Part shown: positions 12,607 to 24,832 of the stretch, piece by piece
Layout: each line of letters starts with the position of its first letter
Numbering within the stretch: the stretch's first letter is position 1
DNA from: Podarcis gaigeae
Lineage: Eukaryota
DNA: 64,000 bases
Strand: one strand, 5' to 3'
Assembly: GCA_964106915.2 (NCBI GenBank)
Contig: OZ066915.1
Translations under genes and position numbers: made by a program
The notes under the pieces: model-generated
Database searches by the model: none
What the model saw: only the letters and a program-made list of their open reading frames with translations
Told to the model about the DNA's origin: nothing

Positions 12607-15600
12607 TATATGGGGTATCTACTAAAGGTGCACCATAGATATCCACTACCCCCTGCACACTTTTACAGGGCCATGCATACCCTGAAAAAAAATGGGGTGG
12701 GGATATTTGGAGACCTGGGGAGGAAATGGCAAAATTCTTACACCTTTTTAGGCTCTCTTTAGGTTGCTAGCTCTGTAGAGAAAACACACAAACAAACAAA
12801 CAAACAAAACATGCTTGTAGATGAAATTTTAGAATTTGTGGTTTGAGTCACCAGAGATCCCGTGCCACTCTGTGTGACATGCTGTCTCAATAGCGACAAG
12901 CCCCAAAGAGTTCCTGCTGGCATTTCCTAGTTTGAGGCACCAACAGGGTCTGGCAGCAGGAGGGTGGAACAAGCACTACAATAATCAAGGGCATTAACAT
13001 CACAGGGAAAGTGGGAGTCCATGTTGCCAATAGGATTTATAAGCCCCAGGACATATGTGGCTTCTGAATCCTGGCTTGCTTGGAAGCTGTTGACCTTAGT
13101 TTCAGAGACGTACATAGGGTCCCTTGCATCCTTGCAAGGAGCTGATACAGCACCCACCCGCCGAAAAATATCACTTTACTGCACACTTTTGTGCCATGGT
13201 GCAGGAAGGACTGGAAGCTTCTCCTGCGTTTGAATTCACTGCGACAATTGCGGCCTGCCACCACACACATACATTGTACACTCCATAGTCTGAGAGATGA
13301 TTTCTTCCCCCTCCCTGGGCCTGCGCCCCCCAGCGGGGGCCAGTTTCACAAACCCCCAGGTACGTCTCTGCTTAGTTTCCAGTTCACATATGGCAGTAAG
13401 CTATGGTCAACTTCACTTCCTACTTTGTTTTGTCCACACACATGAAGGAAGGATTGAAGCAGTAGTAAGGGGGTTCTGTGTACTTGCATGAATTTCCATT
13501 CATTCATTCAAAACATGTACCTTCTGCTCTGCAACTGGAAAAGCTCCCAATTAAAAAACTAGCAAACCAGGCTTTCAGTACATGATGAAAAGAAGAGAGG
13601 ATGGGAAGCGAAGAGGAACAGAAGCTCAACCTATTATTCTGTAACTACGCCTTTTGCAGTCTGGATCCAACCTTTAAACTATCTTGCAGTTGTTACTTTT
13701 CTGCCCATATTAAGATAAAGCTTTTATTCCTCCCCTCTTTTGATCCTCACATTCAGTTCATCCCATCATTGTCCCAGGGGTCATGGCCAGAGGTTAGGGT
13801 GCACCACCTTAGAGATCAACAGGAAGCTCCTTGGATAGGAGCACCTGCAGAAGAGCCTTTGAAGATAGCTTACATTGATTGGTCAGATGTAACCAGTGTA
13901 TTTGGTCTCAAGGGGAGTGCATAGAAGAATAGATCTGAGTGATAGGGAGCAATGTCTAAAGGGCATTTGTTATTTGCGTAAAATTAATATGTATGCTCGT
14001 CATATTCTCATGTCTGGCAGTCATGCAGCCAGAAGCATAAGAAACTTAAACAAAGGGACCTAAAAAGCCCAAAGGACACCAATCAATGCTCTAATATTTC
14101 AAAATAGGAAAAAAGGAAGCAGATCTGTGTTACAACTTTGTACTGGGTGCAGAGGAATAATTATTGGGCCCTGAGTATGCGCTACAGGAGTGTGTTGTGA
14201 TTAGCCAATTGTGTTTACACTACTGATTTTGCACTGAATGCAATGTGTGCATATTGCAGATAAATCACAGCATCATTCTGTACCATGAACATATGGTGTG
14301 AACCATAACTGAAAATCACTTTTATGATCCTGCTTATGAATAAGATAATCTGTATCGCTCTACAAATTTAGTTAGGTGGTGGTAATTGTGTACTTTTGAT
14401 TTAATTGTGGTCATCTAACCTGTTTTCTTTTGCATATTCATCATTTATTTATTGATTTAGATTTCAGTTGGGGAAATATGATGCAAATACCCTTAGCAAA
14501 ATAAAATGTGTAGCAGCAAGAGTGTCTTGCAAATATAGCACTTCTTAAAGTACCCCTCTGAGACACCCTGCTTATTCAGTGTTTTTAAAGGTAAGAGCTT
14601 TGGTGCTCTAGTTAGCCTCATTGTACATGCTCAATGGCAGACTGTTCCATTGAACAGTGGGGTTGCATTCCTATTGGCCTTGGGAAAGTGTTAGAATGGG
14701 GGGAGAAAAACCCTCAAAGAAGAAGTTGGGTGAGAATGAAGGCTTGGTGAAATTTTAACACTTGTAGATTTTCCTGCTTTAGTTGCTAGTTTTTATTTAT
14801 TTATTTGTATCTTTCTAAAAACTGTATACCATCTCTCTCCCATTATCAACATCTTAGCTAATTAACAAAATATCAATAAAATGTCCAAAGAACAATTATT
14901 AAAAACCAAATAATCACATGATTAAGGTAGCAGCCAGAAATTACTTTTGCTAACAAGATGGGTTTGGTATAATTTCAAAGTAAAGATTCCTGCTGTGGAT
15001 CAGCCACTGACAGGATCACATTACCAGCTATAGTTGCTGAGAAATCTGGTATAATGAGAATAAAAAGCAAAGTAAGACATACAAAAAGTAAGCAGACCAC
15101 CCCATTTTAGCATATCAGCTGACTAGGGAAAACAAAGAACCACTACCACAAAAGGGGTAGATTTTAAGAGTGCAAGAAAAAAAATATTTATAAAATACAG
15201 TTAACATAAATACCAAAAAATACAAAACAAATTAATTTATCACTTTTTGTAGTGTTTGTGAATGCCCCCTCCCCTTTAAATTTTGTGCAGGGGGTGTAAA
15301 GCAAACTAATAAACACATTGTGAGCAGTTGCCATTACTGTTAAAATGGATCAGTTTTCACAAGCTTATTTGCATCAAAGCATTCTTTTTAAAAGTTCAAA
15401 CAACAGAGAACATCCTTGCAAGACATAAATGTTGATACTGCCAAAGCAAATTATTGGCACTGGTTTGACTGATCTCATCCCTCTTTACTACCCACTGTTT
15501 GCCACTTTAATGGACACATCCTTTTATTACTAACTGTGACACATAAACTCAGCCTTCAGAACCAAAAGCAGCTTTCTGAACAAGACCTTGTTTTACCAAT

Positions 15601-16017
15601 CCATTTGTCTATTCAACACTATAAAGTGTTTCTTTTATGTACAATGGCCTTGTGAAAATACCCTTTATAGGTAGTTAACTATGTAGCTCAGGTACAATGG
15701 CAGGTACTCCAGGGAGTTGCTTCCAGGGCTTAAAGGCAAGACTGGTTAACAGAACAGTCATAGTCCACAAAGGGAGCAGGATTGTTGTTTCTTTAAGTAG
15801 ACACCAATTATAGTCAGGGGAGGCAAGCATTCTTTTCTGTGCCCAGCTTTGGCACATATTTCGATTGGGCTAAGGTGATGAGGCTCTGTCAACGATGTGC
15901 TCCTTTTGCGTCGGTTGTGCTGCAATTAAACATAACACCCACCCTTTCTCACTGCGACAAAGTTTGAGAACCCTTGACATTAAAGTAATTTGAGCGTTGT
16001 TGTTTTTGGTCTTTTAG

Positions 16018-16229
16018 AAAAGCCAGAAATGGATGAATTCACCTTGGAAAGAGTACTGGAGGAGCTGGAGACGCTGTGCTATGAGAACATGAACGTTGCC
16101 ATCGAGACAGAAGAAGGTCTCGGCATAGAGTACGATGAGGATGTTGTGTGTGACGTGTGCCGCTCGCCAGAAGGAGAGGATGGCAACGAGATGGTTTTCT
16201 GTGACAAATGCAACGTCTGTGTGCACCAG
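16018..16229 (+). CDS. JADE2: JADE2 coding exon (212 nt): end of EPC-like region and start of PHD1 ([71 protein letters not shown])
   Basis: Acceptor tttttggtcttttag ends at 16017 and donor GTGAGT starts at 16230. The translation matches the JADE-family [16 protein letters not shown] motif, with paralogue-diagnostic residues recalled as JADE2. Phase 1 at the start, phase 0 at the end. Confidence 0.97.
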
Positions 16230-18753
16230 GTGAGTAGCATTTCTCACTTTGCTGAGGCAGTACAGCCCCCTCCCCCAGAGGACTTAGTTGCCTGGCACAC
16301 ACCAGAACTAAGAATGACAGCCATCCTCCAGCCATTACTGCTGTGGCTTGTCACGTCCTCTCATGACATGGGAAAGTTTGGGCTTTTCTTCACAGTTAGC
16401 GTGTGCATTGAGAGTCTTACCTCAGAGGTAAGAGAGAGGAATCACTGTGCTAGGGAATAGAGGATGCCTCCAAACTCGTCCTGCTTATAATCTGCCTGCC
16501 TGCCTTTTGCATTTCTTATTCTTCGGTATTTATGTTCTTCATATGTTATTTCTCCCTGCATTTTGTTTTGTATTGTATTGTGTTCACATTATTGCTTACC
16601 ATAATATTGGAGGAAAAAGAGACTTCCTTCAGGCCCACCTGAACATAGGCATAAGTAAATTCACACATGCCTGTGTTGACCAATAGCTTATGCTGGTATA
16701 AAAACAGTAATATAACGGGTGTGAGGCATGGAGCTAAGTTCTTAAGTTTCGCCCCATGATTTCCTTCCCCTTTTTTACTCAAGTATAGTTGAATCTTTAA
16801 CTACTCATTTACATGCCTTTTTGTAACAAAGTGCTGGTTGATGATTTAATGGTCTTGACTGAGCTGAATATGGCTGTGACTAAAAGAGGATCTTGGATAA
16901 GTTGCTCGCAGTCAATTTAATAGACAAATACGTAGCAAATATCCTATACAGGTCTGTCCAGTCAAGTTTCTCGACTGTCCTTTAGAAGGAAAGAAAATCC
17001 ATTGAAGGCCATTGAAGTCAGGCCATCAATAGTGACTCTGGGATGTTCTGTGTAATCATAGGTAGCTTCCTTTAGGCAGAGAGAACAGGCTTTCCCCTCT
17101 TTCTCTTTTGGCGGAGTTTAAGTGCTGTCACTTGCTAGCAGGATTTGCACCAGAGCATTTTGGGATTTAGAAAAAGAGTTGGTGAGGAGGACACAGGGCA
17201 CAGCTTCCATCACTGGTGTCCATTTCCTAGTGGATCACAGTTATACAAGTCTTTGATACGTTAAAAGTAAAACATTATCATATCTTCCAGAGATTACTCT
17301 TAGGATGTTACAAGACCAGCATTACAAAGAGGAGTCAACTCTAGTACAAAAGGTGCATGTCCTTTAATAGAACATGGAAATGAAATGTGGTATTTCTACC
17401 GAAGTAGCCTCATGTATATGGAAAAAGTAGTCAGCATTATAGTGCTAGGAAGGCTATGGGCTTCTAACTTTTCTTTTCCAGTGAGTCTTCTTTTGTTTTT
17501 GTTCCCTGCCCTCTTCATGTCTATAACAACTCCTCACTTATATGACCAGCCCTCTTGTCACTTTTTTCTGCTTTCGTGTGTTGTGACACAGTATAAGACG
17601 CTTTAAACACATCCCCCCCCCATGAGTTCTAATGCCAAGGAGGCCCAGGAATCATAAAGATTTCTTACACGGCAGAATATAGTGTGGGCAGGCTATAACC
17701 CTGGGTTGATCCAGTATAATGGAAGAAAAGGGTTTTGATAACTCTTTAAGTGTTGTGTACATGAAAGAATTTCAGAACATGCTCTCTCCCTCCCCCCCAA
17801 CTATATACAACAAGCTGCACCTGTCAGACAGCTGCAGAAGTTCACTTCTCCTTTGTATCTGTTTACCCTCATCCAGACAAATTCTTTCCTGGTTTATGTG
17901 CTTGAGCAATAAATTTATGCAAAAAGACACAGAAGTGGACCCTTGTGAGGTTTTTTATTTGTTTGTTGGTTTTGTCTAATTGCCTCATTTGTTGATTTCA
18001 CAATTTCCCCCAATACATTCAACAGCTACAATTTTAAAGAGAAGTCCAGCAGGCACAGCTGTATTTCCATGGTAGAAAAAGTTTCTGGTGTTGAACTTTT
18101 GTTTGTCTTACACGGGACAGAGCCTTTGTGAGAAAAAAGGTGGTGCTTAATGCACCTCATTGGAGAGTTTCACGCTGTGTTAAGAAGCAAGCATTTCTTC
18201 TCTCCCTCAAGGCTTGGGCACATGATTGAATTCCTCTGACTGGCTGCGTCTTGACCAGTAGCAACCAGCAACCCCGGTCCTTTCTGTAGCCTCTTTAAGA
18301 CATTGCAGTAAACTGAAATATGGCTTACCAAAACCATGCAACTGAGCTGGCTCTCAGAAAGAAGCTTCCACCCACTTTGCTCCTCCTCAGTCCTTTTAGC
18401 TGCGCTACAGGTCATGGTTAACAAGGCGAGGCCTTAACTAGGATCCTGGGTTCAGATGTTCTGCTCAGCCAAGCCTTAACTTAGCTGCCCCACCATACTG
18501 TGCTAAAAGGACCGGGGAAGAGCAAAGCAGGTGCAAGCTCATAGTTTGCCTTATCATGACATGCAAACCACATGCAGACGAGGAAGGCATGCCTTGCAAA
18601 TGCCCACAAAGTGTGTCACCAGCAGTTTCTGCGCACGCTAAAATTTTACGACCTTATTTTGGCCCTCTACCAAAAAGCAGATGAGAAAACTTTGTCTTTA
18701 AAAAACAACAACAGTCATATGAATTTCAAAATTGGAAACAGGTAGGGGTGCTG

Positions 18754-19100
18754 GGGGGGGGGACGTGGGTGGCGCTTTGGGTAAAACCTCAGCACCTAGG
18801 ACTTGCCGATCGCATGGTCGGGGGTTCGAATCCCCGCGGCGGGGTGAGCTCCCGCCGTTCGGTCCCAGCTCCTGCCCACCTAGCAGTTCGAAAGTACAAT
18901 TAAGTGCAAGTAGATAAATAGGTACCGCTTTCTAGCGGGAAGGTAAACGGCGTTCCGTGTGCTGCTCTGGTGCCGGTTCGCCGGAGCAGCTTCGTCACGC
19001 TGGCCACGTGACCCGGAAGTGTCTGCGGACAGTGAGATGAGCGCACAACCCTAGAGTCTGTCAAGACTGGCCCATACGGGCAGGGGTACCTTTACCTTAC
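18754..19100 (+). mobile_element. Sauria SINE (variant subfamily, internal deletion)
   Basis: Same head, core and tail; 11-bp TSD taggggtgctg at 18743-18753 and 19101-19111. Confidence 0.9.
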
Positions 19101-19839
19101 TAGGGGTGCTGAGAGCTGGTCTTTGAAGGAAATACATTTTCGTTTGGTTCATTAGTACCCTTTGCTACTTAATTGGGTGCAGCTTGTGTGTCCCCCCCTT
19201 TCCAAACAAGCATGCTGTTGATCTCAGTGTAGGGATGCAAATGACAGGTGAATTTGAAGGCAGTTGATTATAGATTCCTCTTTGCTCCTAAGGATTTCTT
19301 CTTACTCCATTCTCTCTGGCACAGTTAAATCAAAGCTGTTTAAACACTGTGCTTCCAAGACACATGAGCTCAGAATGAAGAAAATGGATATTCGATTTTC
19401 TTTAAAAGTCCATAATGTGATTCACACACTAACCTACAAGTGAACTAACCTGGAAGGAAGAACACAACAATCTGGGACACATTGTGAATTTTAAGGAGCT
19501 TATAGTTAAAGATTGCAAACAGCTGCAGGAAAGAGCACAAATTCTACCTTTTCCAAGAGGAACTTTAAATTGTGCATCAACTGCCGTCTTGCTACACACG
19601 TCAGATCAATTAAATGAATAAGTCAGGAGCTGGTTTTGGATTACCTTTAGGCTTTAAAATTTACCACCTACAGAGGGACCTGCTAATGAGGCAGTGAGCT
19701 TTTAACGTCTAATGTATTCATTCCAGTATGGGTAGCCCACACTGATGGGCTTGAGCTGTAGCTTGTGTGGAAATGAACCTGAGGTGTTACTCTTTCTCCA
19801 AGAGTGCCTTAGTGACTTTCAGGGTGGCTTGAATTCAAC

Positions 19840-20200
19840 ATGAACATAAGGAATTGCTTTTTACTGAGTCAAAATGGTCCATTTACGCTGGGGGAGGGAG
19901 AACCTGTGACCCTCCAGATATTATTGGACTCCGGCTTCCATCAGCCCCAGCCTGCATGATCAATAGTCTGGGACAATGCGAGTTGCAGTCCAGTAAGATT
20001 GGGGTGGGGAATCTAACCCAAGAGTGTATGCTCTGACTGGAAGCATCTTTCTCCAAGGCTTCAAGCAGGTCTCAGGCTTCTTTAATCCTGCTAACTTGAA
20101 ATGCAAACATACTCCCTCCCCCATTTTTCAAACCAGGAGGTGCCAGGATTGAACCTGGGACCTGCTGTATGTGACAAAAACTATCCTCTAGAAATCCATG
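19840..20200 (-). mobile_element. tRNA-derived SINE interrupted by a degenerate hairpin MITE (about 19888-20012)
   Basis: acataaggaattgc...tactgagtcaaaatggtccat at the left, ggattgaacctgggacc (reverse B box) at the right; the insert resembles 56878-57015. Confidence 0.5.
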
Positions 20201-20211
20201 ACTCTTTAGTA

Positions 20212-20440
20212 CAGGCATGTCCAAAGTCTGTTTCGGGGGCCTAATGTGGCCCGCCGTTTGATTTAATCCAGTCCCCGTAGCAGTATACGTCCTGGGGTAA
20301 AATCCTAACAAAAGCCCAACAACGTCAATCCTAGAAACAGCTCAACAATCTTGGGGTCAACTTCAACAACTTTGGTCAGCCCTCACGCATGTTCACTTCA
20401 TCATATCTGGCCCTCTTTGAAAAAAGTTTGGGCACCCCTG
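20212..20440. mobile_element. hAT (Charlie-like) MITE
   Basis: Termini caggcatgtccaaa...tttgggcacccctg; 8-bp TSD ctttagta/ctttagga. Confidence 0.75.
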
Positions 20441-20948
20441 CTTTAGGATGTTAATATGCCTAAACTGCCTCAAAAAAATGAGAGCCCAGTACCTGTGTTC
20501 ATTCCTCCCATGTTCACTCCTCTCCCAGTTGTTCATTAGTAGCAAAGATATCAAGCTCTGGGATTGTCAAAACACCAGAGAGAGGAAGAGCTCTGTAATG
20601 AGATCATCATTCAGCCCCCATCATGGGTGAGGGCCAATTTAAGCTTAGGGATGTCCACAGTACATATTTAGTTATTTTTTATTTCCATTTATTAATTGCT
20701 TCCTTTCAAATATCTCAAAGCAATCTTGACAACAGTTTTTTTTTTAAATTATGTAATTTAAATTAAATAATTAGTAAATTATTTGAAGTTCAATCTAGGC
20801 ATAATTGCACAGTGATGTACCATTTAAACATCATACATAATATGTGGGTGTATAATGAACGAAATCTGGAAGTTAATGCCACTTTTGGCATATAAATAAT
20901 TTAAACTTTGCTGTGGAATCCTGAAAGGCGTGTTTGGAGCATGCCTGC

Positions 20949-20950
<2 letters not shown>

Positions 20951-20987
<37 letters not shown>
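20951..20987. repeat. (AC)n microsatellite
   Basis: Directly visible. Confidence 0.95.
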
Positions 20988-20988
<1 letters not shown>

Positions 20989-21266
20989 ACACACTTGCAT
21001 AACTTCTAGAATACTTAAGATTTGGACACTTGTGACTTGAACTCCAGTGCTTTGTAAATAATCATACTGATGGATTCTCAAAGACTAAGAAAATAAGACT
21101 GAATAATGTAAGAAGTGCAATATGTCTACCAACAGGTTTAGCACATGGAATTAAATGTATCAAAGATAGCCACATTTAATTTGCCTGTCTTGGTTGTAGT
21201 GCATTTTACAGTGTTGTTTTCCATCCCTCATAAAAACAACTTACTTTTTGCAATATGTTTACTTAG

Positions 21267-21434
21267 GCTTGCTATGGAATCCTGAAAGTTCCCATCGGAA
21301 ACTGGCTTTGCCGAACCTGTGCCCTTGGAGTCCAGCCAAAGTGTTTACTCTGCCCAAAGAGAGGGGGAGCTCTGAAACCCACCCGGAGTGGGACAAAATG
21401 GGTCCACGTTAGCTGTGCCTTATGGATACCTGAA
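21267..21434 (+). CDS. JADE2: JADE2 coding exon (168 nt): rest of PHD1, Zn knuckle and start of PHD2 ([56 protein letters not shown])
   Basis: Translated by hand (absent from the ORF track). Acceptor ttacttag and donor gtaaga; phase 0-0; in frame with both neighbouring exons. Confidence 0.97.
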
Positions 21435-21895
21435 GTAAGATACTAAATGACTTTCTAAGTGGTAGGTAGATGTGATGTAGATGAGATATATTTGGATTTC
21501 ACCATGCCAGGTACTGTCCAGAATCATCACCTGTCATTCACGCTAAGGATTATGTGGAGCACACAGGACTTGAGGATGCCTGAAATTAAAAGCTTATTGT
21601 TGTTAAGCACTGTGATCTCTAAACAGTCCATTCAGACATTCAGAACCTTCTCCATGCAATGTCCTATAATTATCCCCAGGGCTATTCACACTACAGTTGT
21701 AACATGTATTGCAGGCATTCCATGGATACACCTGCAGTTTCCTGGTAGCAGTTTTCACAGTTTAATTCTGTTTCACACATTACATGGTTGATGTGTCGAA
21801 TTTAGTTTGTATCAGAGCCACCCTTGGAGTTCTGTTCTTATCCTTTGAGAAGATACATGAAAGCCAATAATTGGTGTGTTCTGTGTTGTGCTCAG

Positions 21896-22012
21896 GTTAG
21901 CATTGGATGCCCTGAAAAAATGGAACCCATTACGAAGATATCACATATCCCAGCAAGCAGATGGGCTTTGTCATGCAGTCTTTGCAAGGAGTGCACTGGA
22001 ACATGTATTCAG
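21896..22012 (+). CDS. JADE2: JADE2 coding exon (117 nt), PZP domain ([39 protein letters not shown])
   Basis: Acceptor ctcag and donor gtaagc; phase 0-0; lies within ORF 21824..22030. Confidence 0.97.
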
Positions 22013-22154
22013 GTAAGCAGTTATGTGTAGTCGAACTGTGCACCACCCATATCAGAAAGATAAAGAAATTGTTTTAATGAAATGCGTGTTGAGAGTCACT
22101 GGCAAATAATATACACAAGCGACCAAAAGGCGCAACCTTTTGTTATAACTTTTG

Positions 22155-22830
22155 TTTATTTATTTATTTCATTTCTATACCACCTTTTTCTTCCAAGGAG
22201 CTCAAGATGGTGTACATGGGTGTGTGTCCCTGTCAGAATGCTGGGTGGTAGTTGCTCGTGAGTAACCAGGCAGGACTCTGACCTGTCTTTTACAGGTTTT
22301 ATTGTGCAAACTATATACAGTGAAGATACACAAGGTTCATGTCCGTCTTAGTCACTTAGGCAGAATCTGGGAGTTGCCCCTTCCGGCTTCTCCCCCAACA
22401 TAAGAACTTAGACACCCCAAATCTCCACCTCCCCTCCTTGTGTTTCATCCCTCTGTGCAAGCGTGGCGACGGAAGTGGCGTATGTGCCTCCTGGGCTCTC
22501 AGCAGCATCTTTGAGCCCTCTCCTCACTTGGCTGGCCCCTTCCCTCTCTTCTCCACTGGAGGTGTGGCTTTTCCCCTTGCTGGAAGAGGAACTGCTCCTT
22601 AGAAGCATTGGAGGCTCCCTGTATCCCGACAGTGTCTCTGCCTCTCTCCCCTGTTCCAATGGCAGTCACATGACACCCCCCCCACAAAATTTTCATCCTC
22701 ACAACAGCCCTGTGAGGTAGGTTAGGCTAAGAGATGGTGACTGGCCCAAGGTTACCCAGTACCCTTCTTGACTGAGTGGGCGAACCCTGGTCTCCCAGGT
22801 CATAGTCCAACCTGCTAACCATTATGTTAC
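22155..22830 (-). mobile_element. CORE/MIR-like squamate SINE split by a solo LTR
   Basis: L2-type tail tttatttatttc...tataccacc...ccaaggagctcaag at the left; CORE-like atcctcacaacagccctgtgaggtagg...cccaaggttacccag and tRNA head at the right. Confidence 0.65.
22231..22675 (-). mobile_element. Solo LTR (445 bp)
   Basis: TGTCA...TGACA termini; minus-strand AATAAA (tttatt at 22298-22303) near one end; cleanly interrupts a SINE; flanks tccc/cccc. Confidence 0.7.
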
Positions 22831-24590
22831 TTTACATTGACCTCACTGGCTTTTATCTCATGTGCAGCTTTTAGTTGGAAGGGAAAGGAGAGGGACTCCC
22901 CCTCCTCTCCTCTCCCAGTGTCTCCATGGAGTCAAGGGGGTTTGTGTGTAAATTATTTCCCTTCCTGTCAGGTTTTGCAGGAGGTAGCAGCAGAATGTTG
23001 GTCTTTTTTATCTTTAGTTCCCAGGTAACAAGAAATGCCACTGAATACAGTCAAGTGTTCTTTTCCACTTCTTTTATCACAGTGTTTTATCTTATCTAAG
23101 CTCACTTTGATCTCTAGGAAGATTACCAAAGTGTTGATCTCTGGGTCCAAAGGGAGGATCTGTCAAAGATTGTTTGTACGTTGAGGCTGCAACTGTCGTG
23201 AGACAGCTATCTGGTGGAAGGAAAGTCATGTGCTATATGAACAGAAAGTGTGAAGCCACCACCATAACGTTTGGGGCATTGTAAGGGAGAAATTTTAAAG
23301 CAATCCCTTTTAGCCTGAAGTGAAAGCTCTCACACACGTTTCATTAAATCTTTCCAACATTTGATTCAATTCCATTTGCGATGGCTCTGGGTGGATCTGC
23401 TTATTCACCCTGCCAGATGGAGATATTCTGTCATAATGGCAACTGCTTTTGAAGAATGGAAGGGCAGGGAAATGAGACGGCTACACTTGGCAGCGTTGGG
23501 TGGGGGGGGGGGGAAGAAAAGGAAGAATTCAGTTTTCTCTGAGACTTCATCCTCTTAGCTCTGGCTCGCGTGTTAGTTTTGAAATGCTCTGAGCTGAGTG
23601 GATTTGCATGAAAGGTCACCTGAAATGGAAAACAGGGTTTTATTGTCTCCTTTGCTGACATCCCACATTTCATAAGTCTTCATAAGACTGACAGTTGAGC
23701 TTTTGTTGGCGCTGGCCTCGTAAGAGGGAGAACATTTTCACCAAAAGAAGGAATGAAAGAAATATGTAGATGATTCATTTGTTTAAACGTTTAAGCAATG
23801 ACTAAGCATCAAACTGAAACATAGGGGAGGGGGAATTAGAATTCAGATCTGCCCCCACTTTCATCACATTAGGATTGCAAATCTCATTATTTGTGTTGAT
23901 GTAGCATCTCCATCTGGGTTTGCTTATGCAGGTGAAATTTAGCATAGAAGACTCCACAATAGCTTTATAAAATAGCTTTTGGCCAAGGGCGGGGGGTAAC
24001 TTTCCTGAAACCTTCCAGGCAAAGGGATCAAAATTCATGCAGCTCAGTGAAAGTGACAATAGCCAGGGACTTAGTGGAGAAAAGTAATGGAGTAGGTAAT
24101 GGAGTAATGGGGTTGCTAGGAATTGTGTTACTTGTTTTTATAATCGTATACAAATCCTTCCTCCTTTACTTGTATGATTATATTACTATAACCCACCCTG
24201 GAACCTTATGGTGAAGGGCAGATAAGAACTATTATAAATACATTTGTTGTTATTAAATTTATTACCCACCCTTCGCCAACAGGTCTTGGGGCAAGTTTCA
24301 GCAATCTAAAATTAAGAATTAAAAACAGTTAAAACAGTTTTCAGCCATAGGAGTACGTTGGGCACACAGGCAAAGCTGCATCTTGAGCATTCTCTGAACA
24401 CACTATAATGAAGAAGCCACATGCACCTCTGTAAGAGGGAATTTAGGGGCAGACACAGAGAATGCCCTCTCCAAGGAGGTGGTGTTACCAAGAAGGCCGC
24501 CTCTGCTGATTTTAACATCTGAGAAGTGCTGTAGGGAAGGAGGTGGTCTGGGAGATAGTACCTTTAGGCAATGCAACATCAGTGCAACTA

Positions 24591-24832
24591 CAGTGGTACC
24601 TCGGGTTAAGTACTTAATTCGTTCCAGAGGTCCATTCTTAACCTGAAACTGTTCTTAACCTGAAGCACCACTTTAGCTAATGGGGCCTCCTGCTGCCGTC
24701 GTACCGCCGGAGCACGATTTCTGTTCTCATCCTGAAGCAAAGTTCTTAACCTGAGGTAATATTCATGGGTTAGTGGAGTCTGTAACCTGATGCGTATGTA
24801 ACCTGAAGCGCATGTAACCCGAGGTACCACTG
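24591..24832. mobile_element. Tigger/pogo-like MITE, copy 2 (242 bp)
   Basis: Perfect TIR cagtggtacctcgggtta / taacccgaggtaccactg; TA TSD. Confidence 0.92.
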
